Below, one piece after another: positions 46,898 to 64,000 of a DNA stretch of 64,000 nucleotides. A program made the position numbers and the translations under genes. The number at the start of each line of letters is the position of its first letter. The stretch's first letter is position 1. Below the pieces are notes generated by a model. The model was not told the DNA's origin and did no database searches. It saw only the letters and a program-made list of their open reading frames with translations. The stretch lies in the NCBI RefSeq assembly GCF_056712565.1, contig NZ_CM160072.1. One strand, given 5' to 3'.

Positions 46898-47599
46898 ATG
46901 ACAACCTTAAGCTGTAAAGTGACCTCGGTAGAAGCTATCACGGATACCGTATATCGTGTCCGCATCGTGCCAGACGCGGCCTTTTCTTTTCGTGCTGGTC
47001 AGTATTTGATGGTAGTGATGGATGAGCGCGACAAACGTCCGTTCTCAATGGCTTCGACGCCAGATGAAAAAGGGTTTATCGAGCTGCATATTGGCGCTTC
47101 TGAAATCAACCTTTACGCGAAAGCAGTCATGGACCGCATCCTCAAAGATCATCAAATCGTGGTCGATATTCCCCACGGAGAAGCGTGGCTGCGCGATGAT
47201 GAAGAGCGTCCGATGATTTTGATTGCGGGCGGCACCGGGTTCTCTTATGCCCGCTCGATTTTGCTGACAGCGTTGGCGCGTAACCCAAACCGTGATATCA
47301 CCATTTACTGGGGCGGGCGTGAAGAGCAGCATCTGTATGATCTCTGCGAGCTTGAGGCGCTTTCGTTGAAGCATCCTGGTCTACAAGTGGTGCCGGTGGT
47401 TGAACAACCGGAAGCGGGCTGGCGTGGGCGTACTGGCACCGTGTTAACGGCGGTATTGCAGGATCATGGTACGCTGGCAGAGCATGATATCTATATTGCC
47501 GGACGTTTTGAGATGGCGAAAATTGCCCGTGACCTGTTTTGCAGTGAGCGTAATGCGCGGGAAGATCGCCTGTTTGGCGATGCGTTTGCATTTATCTGA
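46898..47599 (+). CDS. fre: NAD(P)H-flavin reductase Fre
   Basis: From [21 protein letters not shown] (233 aa); FNR-like fold. Confidence 0.93.
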
Positions 47600-47611
47600 G
47601 ATATAAAAAAA

Positions 47612-47630
47612 CCCGCCCCTGACAGGCGGG
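47612..47630. terminator. GC hairpin (cccgcccctgacaggcggg) flanked 5' by an A-tract; orientation ambiguous
   Basis: Inverted repeat directly after the fre stop; the A-run precedes it on the + strand, so it may terminate the convergent fadBA transcript instead. Confidence 0.45.
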
Positions 47631-47639
47631 AAGAACGGC

Positions 47640-47880
47640 AACTAAAACTTTATTCAGTGGCATTTAGATCTATGTCGCATCCGGCAATTGGTGCACGATG
47701 CCTGATGCGACGCTGGCGCGTCTTATCAGGCCTACATTGGTGCCGGATCGGTAGACCGGATAAGGCGTTCACGCCGTATCCGGCATACAGTGCCCGATGC
47801 GACGCTGCCGCGTCTTATCGGGCCTACAAAAGTTCTGAACCGTAGGCCGGATAAGGCGTTCACGCCGCATCCGGCAAGTG
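47640..47880. repeat. Cluster of REP/BIME elements between fre and fadA
   Basis: Several copies of gatgcgacgctg(g/c)cgcgtcttatc(a/g)ggcctac and ccggataaggcgttcacgcc(g/a)(t/c)atccggca motifs in alternating orientation. Confidence 0.8.
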
Positions 47881-47881
47881 G

Positions 47882-49054
<1,173 letters not shown>

Positions 49055-51244
49055 TTAAGCCGTTTTCAGGTCGCCAACCGGACGGGCTGGCTCAACCGGG
49101 GGATAGTACGGTTCGTTATGACGTGCTTTATTACGCAGACCTTCCGGTACTTCATACAGCGGGCCGAGGTGCTGATATTGCTGTGCCATATCGAGGTATT
49201 TTGCGCTGCCGAGGGTGTCCAGCCAGCGGAACGCGCCGCCGTGGAACGGAGGGAAGCCCAGGCCGTAGACCAGCGCCATATCCGCTTCTGCCGGAGTGGC
49301 GATAATGCCCTCTTCCAGACAGCGGACCACTTCGTTGACCATCGGGATCATCATGCGGGCGATAATCTCTTCCTCGCTGAAATCGCGCTTCGGCTGGCTC
49401 ACTTTTGCCAGCAGGTCGTCAACGACGACATCTTCTTCTTTCTTCGGCTTACCTTTGCTGTCTTCTTTATAACGCCAGAAACCGAGGCCGTTCTTCTGAC
49501 CAAAGCGGTTGGCATCAAACAGCGCGTCGATGGCATCGCGATAATCTTTCTGCATCCGCTGCGGGAAGCCTGCTGCCATGACAGCCTGAGCGTGATGCGC
49601 GGTGTCAATGCCCACAACATCCAGCAGATATGCCGGACCCATCGGCCAGCCAAACTGTTTTTCCATCACTTTGTCGATCTTGCGGAAACCCGCGCCGTCG
49701 CGCAGCAACTGGCTGAAACCGGCGAAATAGGGGAACAGCACACGGTTGACGAAGAAGCCGGGGCAGTCGTTGACCACAATCGGCGTCTTGCCCATCTTGC
49801 TCGCCCAGGCGACGACTTTCGCGATGGTTTCGTCGGAGCTTTTCTCGCCGCGAATAATTTCCACCAACGGCATCCGGTGCACCGGGTTAAAGAAGTGCAT
49901 CCCGCAGAAGTTTTCCGGACGTTCCAGCGCGTTGGCCAGTTCGCTGATAGGAATGGTTGAAGTGTTAGACGCCAGCACGGTATCCGGGCGTACTTTCTGC
50001 TCGGTTTCTGCCAGCACGGCTTTTTTCACTTTCGGGTTTTCAACAACCGCTTCTACCACAACATCCACGCGGTCAAACCCGGCGTAGTCGAGCGTTGGGT
50101 GAATTGTGGAGATCACGCCAGCCAGTTTCAGACCATCGATCTTGCCGCGCTCAAGCTGCTTGTTCAGCAGTTTCGCGGCTTCGGTCATGCCGAGGGTTAA
50201 CGACTTGTCGTTGATATCTTTCATGACAACCGGCACGCCTTTCCACGCAGACTGGTAGGCGATGCCGCCGCCCATAATGCCTGCGCCCAGCACAGCGGCC
50301 TGTTTCGGGGTTTCAACATCTTTGGTGAGTTTCTTCGCTTTACCTTTTACATATTGATCGTTAAGGAAAATGCCGACCAGTGCGCGGGCTTCGTTGGTAT
50401 GCGCCAGCGGGACAAAACTTTTGTTTTCCAGGTTTAAGGCTTCTTCACGACCAAAACGGGCCGCAGCTTCAATGGTTTTTACTGCGGTGATGGGGGCCGG
50501 ATAATGTTTCCCCGCCGTTTGCGCGACCATCCCTTTAGCGATGGTGAAGCTCATGGCGGCTTCAATCTTGCTCAGTTTTAGCGGTTCCAGCTTCGGCTGA
50601 CGTTTTGCTTTCCAGTCGAGGTCGCCGTTAATGGCCTGGCGTAAAATCGCTATCGCCCCTTCAACCAGTTTTTCTGCTTTGACTACGCCATCCACCAGAC
50701 CGATTTTCAGCGCCTGATCCGCGCCGACATCTTTACCGGCGGCAATGATTTCCAGCGCACTGTCAGCGCCCAGCATACGTGGCATACGTACAGAACCGCC
50801 AAAGCCCGGCATGATGCCCAATTTGGTTTCCGGCAGACCGATGCGCAGATCCGGCGTCGCCAGACGATAATCGGTCGCCAGCACGCATTCGCAGCCACCG
50901 CCCAGCGCATAGCCGTTGACGGCAGCAATGGTCGGCACCGGCAGATCTTCCAGGCGATTAAACACGCTATTGGCAAAGTGCAGCCACTGACTTAACTGTT
51001 CTTCAGGAACGAGGAACAGGGACAAAAATTCGGTGATATCAGCACCGACGATAAAGGCTGCTTTGTTCGAACGTAGCAGCAGTCCTTTTAGATCTGATTG
51101 CTGTTCCAGCACGCCGATGGCCTCGCCGAGGCTGGCGACGGTCGCAGTGTCGAGTTTATTAACTGAACCTGGGGTATCAAATACCAGTTCGGCAATGCCA
51201 TCTTCCAGCCAGTCAAGGTAAAGGGTGTCGCCTTTGTAAAGCAT
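49055..51244 (-). CDS. fadB: Fatty-acid oxidation complex alpha subunit FadB
   Basis: From [22 protein letters not shown] (729 aa); ORF-track start is a 42-codon upstream extension. Confidence 0.95.
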   Translation of the reverse strand: MLYKGDTLYLDWLEDGIAELVFDTPGSVNKLDTATVASLGEAIGVLEQQSDLKGLLLRSNKAAFIVGADITEFLSLFLVPEEQLSQWLHFANSVFNRLEDLPVPTIAAVNGYALGGGCECVLATDYRLATPDLRIGLPETKLGIMPGFGGSVRMPRMLGADSALEIIAAGKDVGADQALKIGLVDGVVKAEKLVEGAIAILRQAINGDLDWKAKRQPKLEPLKLSKIEAAMSFTIAKGMVAQTAGKHYPAPITAVKTIEAAARFGREEALNLENKSFVPLAHTNEARALVGIFLNDQYVKGKAKKLTKDVETPKQAAVLGAGIMGGGIAYQSAWKGVPVVMKDINDKSLTLGMTEAAKLLNKQLERGKIDGLKLAGVISTIHPTLDYAGFDRVDVVVEAVVENPKVKKAVLAETEQKVRPDTVLASNTSTIPISELANALERPENFCGMHFFNPVHRMPLVEIIRGEKSSDETIAKVVAWASKMGKTPIVVNDCPGFFVNRVLFPYFAGFSQLLRDGAGFRKIDKVMEKQFGWPMGPAYLLDVVGIDTAHHAQAVMAAGFPQRMQKDYRDAIDALFDANRFGQKNGLGFWRYKEDSKGKPKKEEDVVVDDLLAKVSQPKRDFSEEEIIARMMIPMVNEVVRCLEEGIIATPAEADMALVYGLGFPPFHGGAFRWLDTLGSAKYLDMAQQYQHLGPLYEVPEGLRNKARHNEPYYPPVEPARPVGDLKTA

Positions 51245-51433
51245 GTCAGTCTCCTGAATCCGCAAGGTGATCTGGTCGTACCAGATGCATCGAAGTGTGT
51301 ATTTTGTGTTAAAAATATGCAAATAAAATATTAAGGAAATGCCGATCTGATCACGCTCGGCAGAAATCACGCTCTGGATGAACGATGTGCTAAGATGCGG
51401 AGACTTAAGGTCAAAAAAACAGAAGGGTAAAAA

Positions 51434-52765
51434 ATGGAATCACTGGCCTCGCTCTATAAAAATCATATAGCTACCTTACAGGAACGGACTCGCGATGCGC
51501 TGGCGCGCTTCAAGCTGGATGCGTTACTTATTCACTCCGGCGAACTGTTCAACGTTTTTCTCGACGATCATCCCTATCCGTTTAAAGTGAACCCGCAATT
51601 CAAAGCGTGGGTGCCGGTAACTCAGGTGCCAAACTGCTGGCTGCTGGTGGATGGCGTGAATAAGCCGAAACTGTGGTTTTATCTGCCGGTTGATTACTGG
51701 CACAACGTCGAACCGCTGCCGAACTCCTTCTGGACTGAAGATGTAGAAGTGATCGCGCTGCCAAAAGCCGATGGCATTGGTAGTCTGTTGCCTGCTGCGC
51801 GCGGCAATATCGGTTATATCGGTCCGGTGCCAGAACGTGCGCTGCAACTGGGTATTGAGGCCAGCAATATCAACCCGAAAGGGGTGATCGACTACCTGCA
51901 TTACTATCGCTCCTTCAAAACCGAGTACGAACTGGCCTGTATGCGTGAAGCGCAGAAAATGGCGGTCAACGGTCATCGCGCGGCAGAAGAAGCGTTCCGT
52001 TCTGGCATGAGCGAGTTCGATATCAACATTGCCTATCTGACCGCGACCGGTCATCGTGATACCGACGTACCTTATAGCAACATTGTGGCGCTTAACGAAC
52101 ACGCTGCGGTGTTGCATTACACCAAACTGGACCACCAGGCACCGGAAGAGATGCGCAGCTTCCTGCTGGATGCCGGGGCCGAATATAACGGCTATGCGGC
52201 TGATCTAACCCGTACCTGGTCGGCAAAAAGCGACAACGACTACGCACAGCTGGTGAAAGACGTAAATGATGAGCAACTGGCGCTGATCGCCACCATGAAA
52301 GCAGGCGTCAGCTATGTGGATTACCATATCCAGTTCCATCAGCGCATCGCCAAACTGCTGCGTAAACATCAAATCATCACCGATATGAGTGAAGAAGCGA
52401 TGGTCGAAAACGATCTCACCGGACCGTTTATGCCGCACGGTATCGGCCATCCGCTGGGCCTGCAGGTGCATGACGTAGCCGGTTTTATGCAGGATGATAG
52501 CGGTACGCACCTCGCGGCACCGGCAAAATATCCGTACCTGCGCTGCACTCGTATTCTCCAGCCGGGCATGGTGTTAACCATCGAACCGGGTATCTACTTC
52601 ATCGAATCGCTTCTGGCACCGTGGCGTGAAGGGCAGTTCAGCAAACACTTCAACTGGCAGAAAATTGAAGCACTGAAACCGTTCGGCGGCATTCGTATCG
52701 AAGACAACGTGGTGATTCACGAAAACAACGTGGAAAACATGACCCGGGATCTGAAACTGGCGTGA
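51434..52765 (+). CDS. pepQ: Xaa-Pro dipeptidase (prolidase) PepQ
   Basis: 443 aa, M24 metallopeptidase. Confidence 0.95.
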
Positions 52766-53379
52766 TGGAAAGCTGGTTAATTCCTGCGGCACCGGTCACG
52801 GTCGTTGAAGAGATCAAAAAGAGCCGCTTCATTACGCTGTTGGCGCATACCGATGGCGTTGAGGCGGCAAAAGCGTTTGTTGAATCGGTGCGGGCAGAAC
52901 ACCCCGATGCCCGGCACCATTGCGTGGCGTGGGTGGCGGGTGCGCCGGATGATTCTCAACAGCTGGGTTTCTCTGACGACGGGGAGCCGGCGGGAACGGC
53001 AGGTAAACCGATGCTCGCCCAACTAATGGGCAGCGGCGTCGGGGAAATTACCGCTGTGGTGGTGCGCTACTACGGCGGCATATTGCTTGGCACCGGTGGG
53101 TTAGTGAAAGCGTATGGCGGCGGCGTGAATCAGGCGCTGCGCCAGCTAACGACCCAACGCAAGACACCATTAACCGAATATACTTTGCAATGTGAATATA
53201 GTCAGTTAACCGGCATTGAAGCGTTGCTGGGGCAGTGTGACGGCAAAATTATTAACAGTGATTATCAGGCATTCGTTCTGCTGCGGGTGGCGCTTCCGGC
53301 GGCGAAAGTGGCTGAATTTTCCGCAAAGCTGGCGGATTTTAGCCGTGGTTCATTGCAATTGTTAGCGATTGAAGAATAA
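52765..53379 (+). CDS. yigZ: IMPACT-family protein YigZ
   Basis: From [22 protein letters not shown] (204 aa); start overlaps the pepQ stop. Confidence 0.9.
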   Translation: MESWLIPAAPVTVVEEIKKSRFITLLAHTDGVEAAKAFVESVRAEHPDARHHCVAWVAGAPDDSQQLGFSDDGEPAGTAGKPMLAQLMGSGVGEITAVVVRYYGGILLGTGGLVKAYGGGVNQALRQLTTQRKTPLTEYTLQCEYSQLTGIEALLGQCDGKIINSDYQAFVLLRVALPAAKVAEFSAKLADFSRGSLQLLAIEE

Positions 53380-53417
53380 TCCCCACTTCGTTTTGCAGAA
53401 CTAAGGAAGCGGCAGAG

Positions 53418-54869
53418 ATGCATTTTCGCGCCATTACCCGAATCGTTGGACTACTGGTCATCTTATTTTCAGGGACCATGATTATCCCTGGGCTGGTAGC
53501 ACTCATCTACCGGGATGGAGCGGGCCGCGCTTTTACCCAGACCTTTTTTGTCGCCCTCGCCATTGGCTCTATGCTTTGGTGGCCGAACCGCAAAGAGAAG
53601 GGCGAACTGAAATCCCGTGAGGGGTTTCTGATAGTGGTGCTGTTCTGGACCGTGCTGGGTAGCGTCGGTGCGCTCCCTTTTATCTTCTCGGAAAGCCCGA
53701 ACCTCACGATTACCGATGCGTTTTTTGAATCTTTCTCTGGCCTGACCACCACGGGGGCCACTACGCTGGTGGGGCTGGATTCGCTCCCTCATGCCATCCT
53801 CTTTTATCGCCAGATGCTGCAATGGTTTGGCGGTATGGGGATCATCGTGCTGGCGGTTGCGATACTGCCTATCCTCGGCGTGGGTGGGATGCAGCTCTAT
53901 CGCGCAGAAATGCCCGGCCCGCTGAAAGATAACAAAATGCGCCCGCGAATTGCGGAAACGGCGAAAACCCTGTGGTTGATTTATGTCTTGCTGACCGTCG
54001 CCTGTGCGCTGGCGTTGTGGTTTGCTGGAATGGATGCCTTTGATGCCATCGGCCATAGCTTTGCGACCATCGCTATTGGCGGCTTCTCGACACATGATGC
54101 CAGTATCGGTTATTTCGACAGCCCGACTATTAACACTATCATTGCTATCTTCCTGCTGATCTCTGGCTGTAACTACGGTCTGCACTTTTCACTGTTAAGT
54201 GGGCGTAGTCTGAAGGTTTATTGGCGCGATCCGGAATTTCGCATGTTTATCGGCGTACAGTTTTCACTGGTGGTTATTTGTACACTCGTACTGTGGTTTC
54301 ATAATGTCTACAGTTCGGCGCTGATGACAATTAACCAGGCGTTTTTCCAGGTGGTGTCGATGGCGACAACCGCCGGGTTTACAACTGACAGCATTGCCCG
54401 CTGGCCGCTCTTTTTGCCGGTACTGCTTTTATGTTCAGCTTTTATCGGCGGTTGCGCCGGGTCAACGGGCGGTGGCCTGAAAGTGATCCGCATCCTGCTG
54501 CTGTTTAAGCAGGGGAACCGTGAGCTGAAACGACTGGTGCATCCGAACGCCGTCTATAGCATTAAGCTGGGGAATCGCGCACTGCCGGAACGTATCCTCG
54601 AAGCCGTTTGGGGATTTTTCTCCGCCTATGCATTGGTGTTTATTGTCAGTATGCTGGCGATTATCGCCACGGGCGTGGATGACTTTTCTGCCTTTGCCTC
54701 GGTTGTTGCAACATTGAATAACCTGGGGCCAGGGCTTGGCGTGGTTGCTGATAACTTTACCAGTATGAACCCGGTGGCTAAATGGATCCTGATTGCCAAC
54801 ATGCTGTTTGGTCGTCTCGAGGTCTTTACATTGCTGGTGCTCTTTACCCCGACTTTCTGGCGTGAATGA
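53418..54869 (+). CDS. trkH: Potassium uptake protein TrkH
   Basis: 483-aa polytopic membrane protein; matches TrkH. Confidence 0.95.
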   Translation: MHFRAITRIVGLLVILFSGTMIIPGLVALIYRDGAGRAFTQTFFVALAIGSMLWWPNRKEKGELKSREGFLIVVLFWTVLGSVGALPFIFSESPNLTITDAFFESFSGLTTTGATTLVGLDSLPHAILFYRQMLQWFGGMGIIVLAVAILPILGVGGMQLYRAEMPGPLKDNKMRPRIAETAKTLWLIYVLLTVACALALWFAGMDAFDAIGHSFATIAIGGFSTHDASIGYFDSPTINTIIAIFLLISGCNYGLHFSLLSGRSLKVYWRDPEFRMFIGVQFSLVVICTLVLWFHNVYSSALMTINQAFFQVVSMATTAGFTTDSIARWPLFLPVLLLCSAFIGGCAGSTGGGLKVIRILLLFKQGNRELKRLVHPNAVYSIKLGNRALPERILEAVWGFFSAYALVFIVSMLAIIATGVDDFSAFASVVATLNNLGPGLGVVADNFTSMNPVAKWILIANMLFGRLEVFTLLVLFTPTFWRE

Positions 54870-54880
54870 TGGAGTAATAC

Positions 54881-55426
54881 GTGAAAACATTAATTCTTTT
54901 CTCAACAAGGGACGGACAAACGCGCGAGATTGCCTCCTACCTGGCTTCGGAACTGAAAGAACTGGGGATCCAGGCGGATGTCGCCAATGTGCACCGCATT
55001 GAAGAACCACAATGGGAAAACTATGACCGTGTGGTTATTGGCGCTTCTATTCGCTATGGTCACTACCATTCTGCGTTCCAGGAATTTGTCAAAAAGCATG
55101 CGACGCGGTTGAATTCGATGCCGAGTGCCTTTTACTCCGTAAATCTGGTGGCGCGTAAACCGGAGAAGCGTACTCCACAGACCAACAGCTACGCGCGGAA
55201 GTTTCTGATGAACTCGCAATGGCGTCCCGATCGCTGTGCCGTCATTGCCGGGGCGCTGCGTTACCCACGTTATCGCTGGTACGACCGTTTTATGATCAAG
55301 CTGATTATGAAGATGTCAGGCGGTGAAACGGATACGCGCAAAGAAGTTGTCTATACCGATTGGGAGCAGGTGGCGAATTTCGCCCGAGAAATCGCCCATT
55401 TAACCGACAAACCGACGCTGAAATAA
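54881..55426 (+). CDS. hemG: Protoporphyrinogen oxidase HemG (flavodoxin-like)
   Basis: 181 aa; [22 protein letters not shown] flavodoxin start; likely GTG start. Confidence 0.93.
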   Translation: MKTLILFSTRDGQTREIASYLASELKELGIQADVANVHRIEEPQWENYDRVVIGASIRYGHYHSAFQEFVKKHATRLNSMPSAFYSVNLVARKPEKRTPQTNSYARKFLMNSQWRPDRCAVIAGALRYPRYRWYDRFMIKLIMKMSGGETDTRKEVVYTDWEQVANFAREIAHLTDKPTLK

Positions 55427-55475
55427 GCATAAAGAATAAAAAATGCGCGGTCAGAAAATTATTTTAAATTTCCTC

Positions 55476-55503
55476 TTGTCAGGCCGGAATAACTCCCTAT
55501 AAT
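55476..55503 (+). promoter_or_regulatory. rrnA P1 promoter (-35 ttgtca, 16-bp spacer, -10 tataat) with upstream A/T-rich UP-like element
   Basis: Hexamers read at 55476-55481 and 55498-55503; A/T-rich tract aaaattattttaaatttcct immediately upstream. Confidence 0.8.
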
Positions 55504-55594
55504 GCGCCACCACTGACACGGAACAACGGCAAACACGCCGCCGGGTCAGCGGGATTCTCCTGAGAATTCCGGCAGAGAAAGCAAAAATAAATGC

Positions 55595-55622
55595 TTGACT
55601 CTGTAGCGGGAAAGCGTATTAT
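55595..55622 (+). promoter_or_regulatory. rrnA P2 promoter (-35 ttgact, -10 tattat)
   Basis: Hexamers read at 55595-55600 and 55617-55622. Confidence 0.75.
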
Positions 55623-55659
55623 GCACACCCCGCGCCGCTGAGAAAAAGCGAAGCGGCAC

Positions 55660-55672
55660 TGCTCTTTAACAA
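55660..55672 (+). promoter_or_regulatory. boxA antitermination element of the rrn leader
   Basis: Exact tgctctttaacaa consensus in the leader upstream of the 16S gene. Confidence 0.8.
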
Positions 55673-55801
55673 TTTATCAGACAATCTGTGTGGGCACTCG
55701 AAGATACGGATTCTTGATGTCGCAAGACGAAAAATGAATACCAAGTCTCTGAGTGAACACGTAATTCATTACGAAGTTTAATTCACGAGCATCAAACTTT
55801 T

Positions 55802-57343
<1,542 letters not shown>

Positions 57344-57411
57344 CCTTAAAGAAGCGTTCTTTGTAGTGCTCACACAGATTGTCTGATGAAAATGAGCAGT
57401 AAAACCTCTAC

Positions 57412-57488
<77 letters not shown>

Positions 57489-57530
57489 AATTTGCATCGC
57501 AAATTTGAAGAGGTTTTAACTACATGTTAT

Positions 57531-57606
57531 GGGGCTATAGCTCAGCTGGGAGAGCGCCTGCTTTGCACGCAGGAGGTCTGCGGTTCGATCCCGCATAGCT
57601 CCACCA
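57531..57606 (+). tRNA. alaT: tRNA-Ala (UGC) in the 16S-23S spacer
   Basis: ggggctatagctcagctgggagagcgcctgctttgcacgcaggaggtctgcggttcgatcccgcatagctccacca. Confidence 0.97.
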
Positions 57607-57790
57607 TCTCTGTAGTGATTAAATAAAAAATACTTCAGAGTGTACCTGCAAAGGTTCACTGCGAAGTTTTGCTCTTTAAAAATCTGGATCAAGCTGAAAA
57701 TTGAAACACTGAACAACGAAAGTTGTTCGTGAGTCTCTCAAATTTTCGCAACACGATGATGGATCGCAAGAAACATCTTCGGGTTGTGAG

Positions 57791-60693
<2,903 letters not shown>

Positions 60694-60786
60694 ACAACGC
60701 CGAAGATGTTTTGGCGGATGAGAGAAGATTTTCAGCCTGATACAGATTAGATTAACCGGCGACAAGCGGGTTAATGAAACAGAATT

Positions 60787-60906
60787 TGCCTGGCGGCCTT
60801 AGCGCGGTGGTCCCACCTGACCCCATGCCGAACTCAGAAGTGAAACGCCGTAGCGCCGATGGTAGTGTGGGGTCTCCCCATGCGAGAGTAGGGAACTGCC
60901 AGGCAT
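60787..60906 (+). rRNA. rrfA: 5S ribosomal RNA
   Basis: tgcctggcggccttagcgcggtgg...gggaactgccaggcat; 120 nt. Confidence 0.97.
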
Positions 60907-60917
60907 CAAATTAAGCG

Positions 60918-60945
60918 AAAGGCCATCCGTCAGGATGGCCTTTTT
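60918..60945 (+). terminator. rrnA operon terminator
   Basis: Hairpin ggccatcc-gtca-ggatggcc followed by ttttt. Confidence 0.8.
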
Positions 60946-60962
60946 GCATTGGAGCAGAATAA

Positions 60963-61000
60963 ATGCCGGATGCGACGCTGGCGCGTTTGCTCCAGCCTAC
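60963..61000. repeat. REP-like element downstream of rrnA
   Basis: gccggatgcgacgctggcgcgtttgctccagcctac resembles the REP consensus. Confidence 0.5.
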
Positions 61001-61006
61001 TCTTGC

Positions 61007-61534
61007 CTATCCGTCCTGCTTTTGCATCCACTCCACCACAAAATCAGCCAGCCCCTCAACATCATTAATATCCAGTAACGCGACATCAAGATTAAGCGGC
61101 ACATCACTGGCTACAGCAATAACATGCCTGTCTATCACTAATTCTTCCGGTCGATGTCCGGCTCCATCGCGAAACAGCACAATCTTTGCGATCTCTTCAT
61201 GCTTAAACCCTTCGACCAGAATCAAATCCAGCTTTGAGGTATCCATTCGACTTGCGAGAAAATGTAGATCCAGCTCTTCTTCGTCTGGTGTTTCCGTCAT
61301 CAAGGCCCATCGCTGTTGGCTGGCAACGATGGTTTGCGCCGCGCCAGCCTTGCGCAGCTCATAGCTATCTTTGCCCGGTTTATCAACATCCATATCATGG
61401 TGCGTATGCTTAATCAGCCCCGGACGGATCCCTCTGGCGCATAATGCCGGGATCAATTTTTTCAGCAGCGTTGTTTTTCCGGTGCCACTCCATGCAGCAA
61501 AGGCGAGTAACGGTATCATCGTTTTTCCTGCCAT
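61007..61534 (-). CDS. mobB: Molybdopterin-guanine dinucleotide biosynthesis adaptor MobB
   Basis: 175 aa; Walker [10 protein letters not shown]. Confidence 0.92.
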   Translation of the reverse strand: MAGKTMIPLLAFAAWSGTGKTTLLKKLIPALCARGIRPGLIKHTHHDMDVDKPGKDSYELRKAGAAQTIVASQQRWALMTETPDEEELDLHFLASRMDTSKLDLILVEGFKHEEIAKIVLFRDGAGHRPEELVIDRHVIAVASDVPLNLDVALLDINDVEGLADFVVEWMQKQDG

Positions 61535-62100
61535 CGGGCAAGCTCCTCTGGCGTATTCACGTTTATAAATGCCTCTTTACGATCGCTGAAATCAACCGCA
61601 TGACCGCCAGCCAGACGCATAAATGCCATAACCCGGCGTTCTCCTGCTTGCAGATATTCCAGTAATAAAGGCTCAATTGCGCGGTTTACCAGAGCAATAG
61701 TCGGGTGATCGCGTTCACCGTCGTGGACCCACACGACAGGCGCATCTTTGCGCTGATGAGTAAGCCGGGCGGCTAAATCATGGGGAATGTAAGGCGTATC
61801 GCACGGGCAAAACAAAAACCACTCACCCGCTTCCTGCTGCATTACTGAAAGCATTCCTGCCAGAGGACCAGGGTAATCCGCCAGTGAATCTTCAATCACT
61901 TTCAGACCGCTTACCTGATAGATTTCCTGATGACGATTAGCATTAATCACGACGTGAGAAAGCTGCGTCATAAGCGCGTCAGCGACATACTGCCATAATG
62001 GTTTGCCGTTTAATTCAAGCAATCCTTTATCTACGCCGCCCATTCGTCTGGCTTTACCGCCCGCCAGCACAACGCCTGTTATCATCGTCATCAGATTCAC
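61516..62100 (-). CDS. mobA: Molybdenum cofactor guanylyltransferase MobA
   Basis: 194 aa; [18 protein letters not shown] motif; 3' end overlaps mobB start. Confidence 0.95.
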   Translation of the reverse strand: MNLMTMITGVVLAGGKARRMGGVDKGLLELNGKPLWQYVADALMTQLSHVVINANRHQEIYQVSGLKVIEDSLADYPGPLAGMLSVMQQEAGEWFLFCPCDTPYIPHDLAARLTHQRKDAPVVWVHDGERDHPTIALVNRAIEPLLLEYLQAGERRVMAFMRLAGGHAVDFSDRKEAFINVNTPEELARWQEKR

Positions 62101-62169
62101 CGATATCGCCTCTTTTATTGTGGGATTGACCCTGCTAACGTGTCTGTCTCAAGAGTAAGGAGCATTACT

Positions 62170-62439
62170 ATGAAATGTAAACGTCTGAATGAAGTTATTG
62201 AACTCCTCCAGCCAGCCTGGCAAAAAGAGCCAGACCTTAACCTGCTGCAATTTTTGCAGAAACTGGCGAAAGAGTCAGGTTTTGACAGCGAACTGGCGGA
62301 TTTGACGGATGACATTCTGATCTATCACCTGAAAATGCGTGATTCCGCGAAAGATGCGGTGATCCCGGGTTTGCAGAAAGATTATGAAGAAGATTTCAAA
62401 ACGGCGCTATTACGCGCACGTGGCGTAATTAAAGAGTAA
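62170..62439 (+). CDS. yihD: DUF1040 protein YihD
   Basis: From [19 protein letters not shown] (89 aa). Confidence 0.88.
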   Translation: MKCKRLNEVIELLQPAWQKEPDLNLLQFLQKLAKESGFDSELADLTDDILIYHLKMRDSAKDAVIPGLQKDYEEDFKTALLRARGVIKE

Positions 62440-62515
62440 AAGCTTGTAAGCGGCGCAACCAAAATCATCGTGAAATGATATCCTTCATCATTCGTAATGT
62501 TTTCCGGATGATGGG

Positions 62516-63502
62516 ATGAACAACAGCGCTTTTACTTTCCAGACACTACACCCGGATACCATCATGGACGCTCTGTTTGAGCATGGGATTCGGGTGGATT
62601 CCGGTCTTACCCCGCTTAACAGCTATGAAAACCGTGTCTATCAATTTCAGGACGAAGATCGTCGACGTTTTGTCGTCAAATTTTATCGCCCTGAACGTTG
62701 GACAGCCGATCAAATCCTCGAAGAACATCAATTTGCGTTGCAGCTGGTTAACGATGAAGTTCCGGTCGCAGCACCTGTGGCCTTTAATGGTCAGACTTTA
62801 TTGAACCATCAGGGATTTTATTTCGCTGTTTTTCCAAGCGTCGGTGGTCGCCAGTTCGAAGCTGATAATATCGATCAGATGGAAGCGGTTGGGCGTTATT
62901 TAGGGCGTATGCACCAGACGGGGCGCAAACAGCTTTTTATCCATCGCCCGACCATCGGTTTGAATGAATATCTCATTGAGCCACGCAAGCTGTTTGAGGA
63001 CGCTACACTGATACCTTCCGGGTTGAAAGCGGCATTCCTGAAAGCGACAGATGAGCTGATTGCCGCCGTTACAGCACACTGGCGGGAAGATTTCACCGTT
63101 CTGCGGCTACATGGAGACTGCCACGCCGGGAATATTCTCTGGCGCGATGGTCCAATGTTTGTTGATCTGGATGATGCACGTAATGGTCCAGCCGTTCAGG
63201 ATTTGTGGATGTTGCTCAATGGTGATAAAGCCGAGCAGCGGATGCAACTGGAAACTATTATTGAGGCTTATGAAGAATTTAGCGAGTTCGACACCGCTGA
63301 AATCGGACTGATTGAACCTTTACGCGCCATGCGTTTGGTTTATTATCTTGCCTGGCTAATGCGGCGTTGGGCTGATCCCGCGTTCCCGAAAAATTTCCCG
63401 TGGTTAACCGGGGAAGATTACTGGCTACGACAGACGGTGACTTTTATAGAACAGGCAAAAGTTCTACAAGAACCCCCTTTGCAATTAACACCTATGTATT
63501 AA
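62516..63502 (+). CDS. srkA: Stress-response Ser/Thr kinase SrkA (RdoA/YihE)
   Basis: 328 aa; aminoglycoside-phosphotransferase-like kinase fold (HGDCHAGNILW). Confidence 0.93.
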   Translation: MNNSAFTFQTLHPDTIMDALFEHGIRVDSGLTPLNSYENRVYQFQDEDRRRFVVKFYRPERWTADQILEEHQFALQLVNDEVPVAAPVAFNGQTLLNHQGFYFAVFPSVGGRQFEADNIDQMEAVGRYLGRMHQTGRKQLFIHRPTIGLNEYLIEPRKLFEDATLIPSGLKAAFLKATDELIAAVTAHWREDFTVLRLHGDCHAGNILWRDGPMFVDLDDARNGPAVQDLWMLLNGDKAEQRMQLETIIEAYEEFSEFDTAEIGLIEPLRAMRLVYYLAWLMRRWADPAFPKNFPWLTGEDYWLRQTVTFIEQAKVLQEPPLQLTPMY

Positions 63503-63518
63503 TCGGAGAGAGTAGATC

Positions 63519-64000
63519 ATGAAAAAGATTTGGCTGGCGCTGGCTGGTTTAGTTTTAGCGTTTAGCGCATCGGCGGCGCAGTATGAAGATGGTAAACAGT
63601 ACACTACCCTGGAAAAACCAGTTGCTGGCGCGCCGCAAGTGCTGGAGTTTTTCTCTTTCTTCTGCCCGCACTGCTATCAGTTTGAAGAAGTTCTGCATAT
63701 TTCTGATAACGTGAAGAAAAAACTGCCGGAAGGCGTGAAGATGACTAAATACCACGTCAACTTCATGGGGGGTGACCTGGGCAAAGAGCTGACTCAGGCA
63801 TGGGCTGTGGCGATGGCGCTGGGCGTGGAAGACAAAGTCACAGTTCCGCTGTTTGAAGGCGTACAAAAAACCCAGACCATTCGTTCAGCATCTGATATCC
63901 GCGATGTATTTATCAACGCAGGTATTAAAGGTGAAGAGTACGACGCGGCGTGGAACAGCTTCGTGGTGAAATCTCTGGTCGCTCAGCAGGAAAAAGCTGC
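63519..64000 (+). CDS. dsbA: Thiol:disulfide interchange protein DsbA (3' end outside the window)
   Basis: [19 protein letters not shown] signal peptide and active site [12 protein letters not shown] (CPHC). Confidence 0.95.
   Translation, partial: MKKIWLALAGLVLAFSASAAQYEDGKQYTTLEKPVAGAPQVLEFFSFFCPHCYQFEEVLHISDNVKKKLPEGVKMTKYHVNFMGGDLGKELTQAWAVAMALGVEDKVTVPLFEGVQKTQTIRSASDIRDVFINAGIKGEEYDAAWNSFVVKSLVAQQEKA

Overview
This window is an Escherichia coli-type chromosomal segment, collinear with the K-12 corA to dsbA region (corA, rarD, yigI, pldA, recQ, rhtC/rhtB, pldB, yigL, yigM, metR, metE, ysgA, udp, rmuC, ubiE/J/B, tatABCD, rfaH, ubiD, fre, fadBA, pepQ, yigZ, trkH, hemG, the rrnA operon, mobBA, yihD, srkA, dsbA). 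All calls rest on reading the supplied ORF translations and sequence by eye; no searches were run. Three accessory insertions interrupt this backbone. (1) Between corA and rarD, an AT-rich, translationally coupled two-gene module of unknown function sits where I recall K-12 carrying two small genes. (2) Between metE and ysgA, a mosaic island of about 16 kb carries an orphan Hcp-toxin fusion split by an in-frame TAG, followed by two paralogous immunity-like genes; a SIS isomerase, PTS EIICB and extra transketolase operon with an RpiR regulator; and a seven-gene operon (RutB-like cysteine hydrolase, YlbF/FdrA/YlbE-like triad, carbamate kinase, AIG2-like protein, NCS1 permease) with a LysR regulator. 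(3) Between udp and rmuC, a 5.7 kb island carries an IclR regulator, DgoK/DgoA-like kinase and aldolase, and a TctCBA tripartite transporter. The seven-gene operon looks like an uncharacterised ATP-yielding ureide or nucleobase catabolic pathway and is my strongest candidate for a new system. No CRISPR array, IS element, integrase or prophage was seen.
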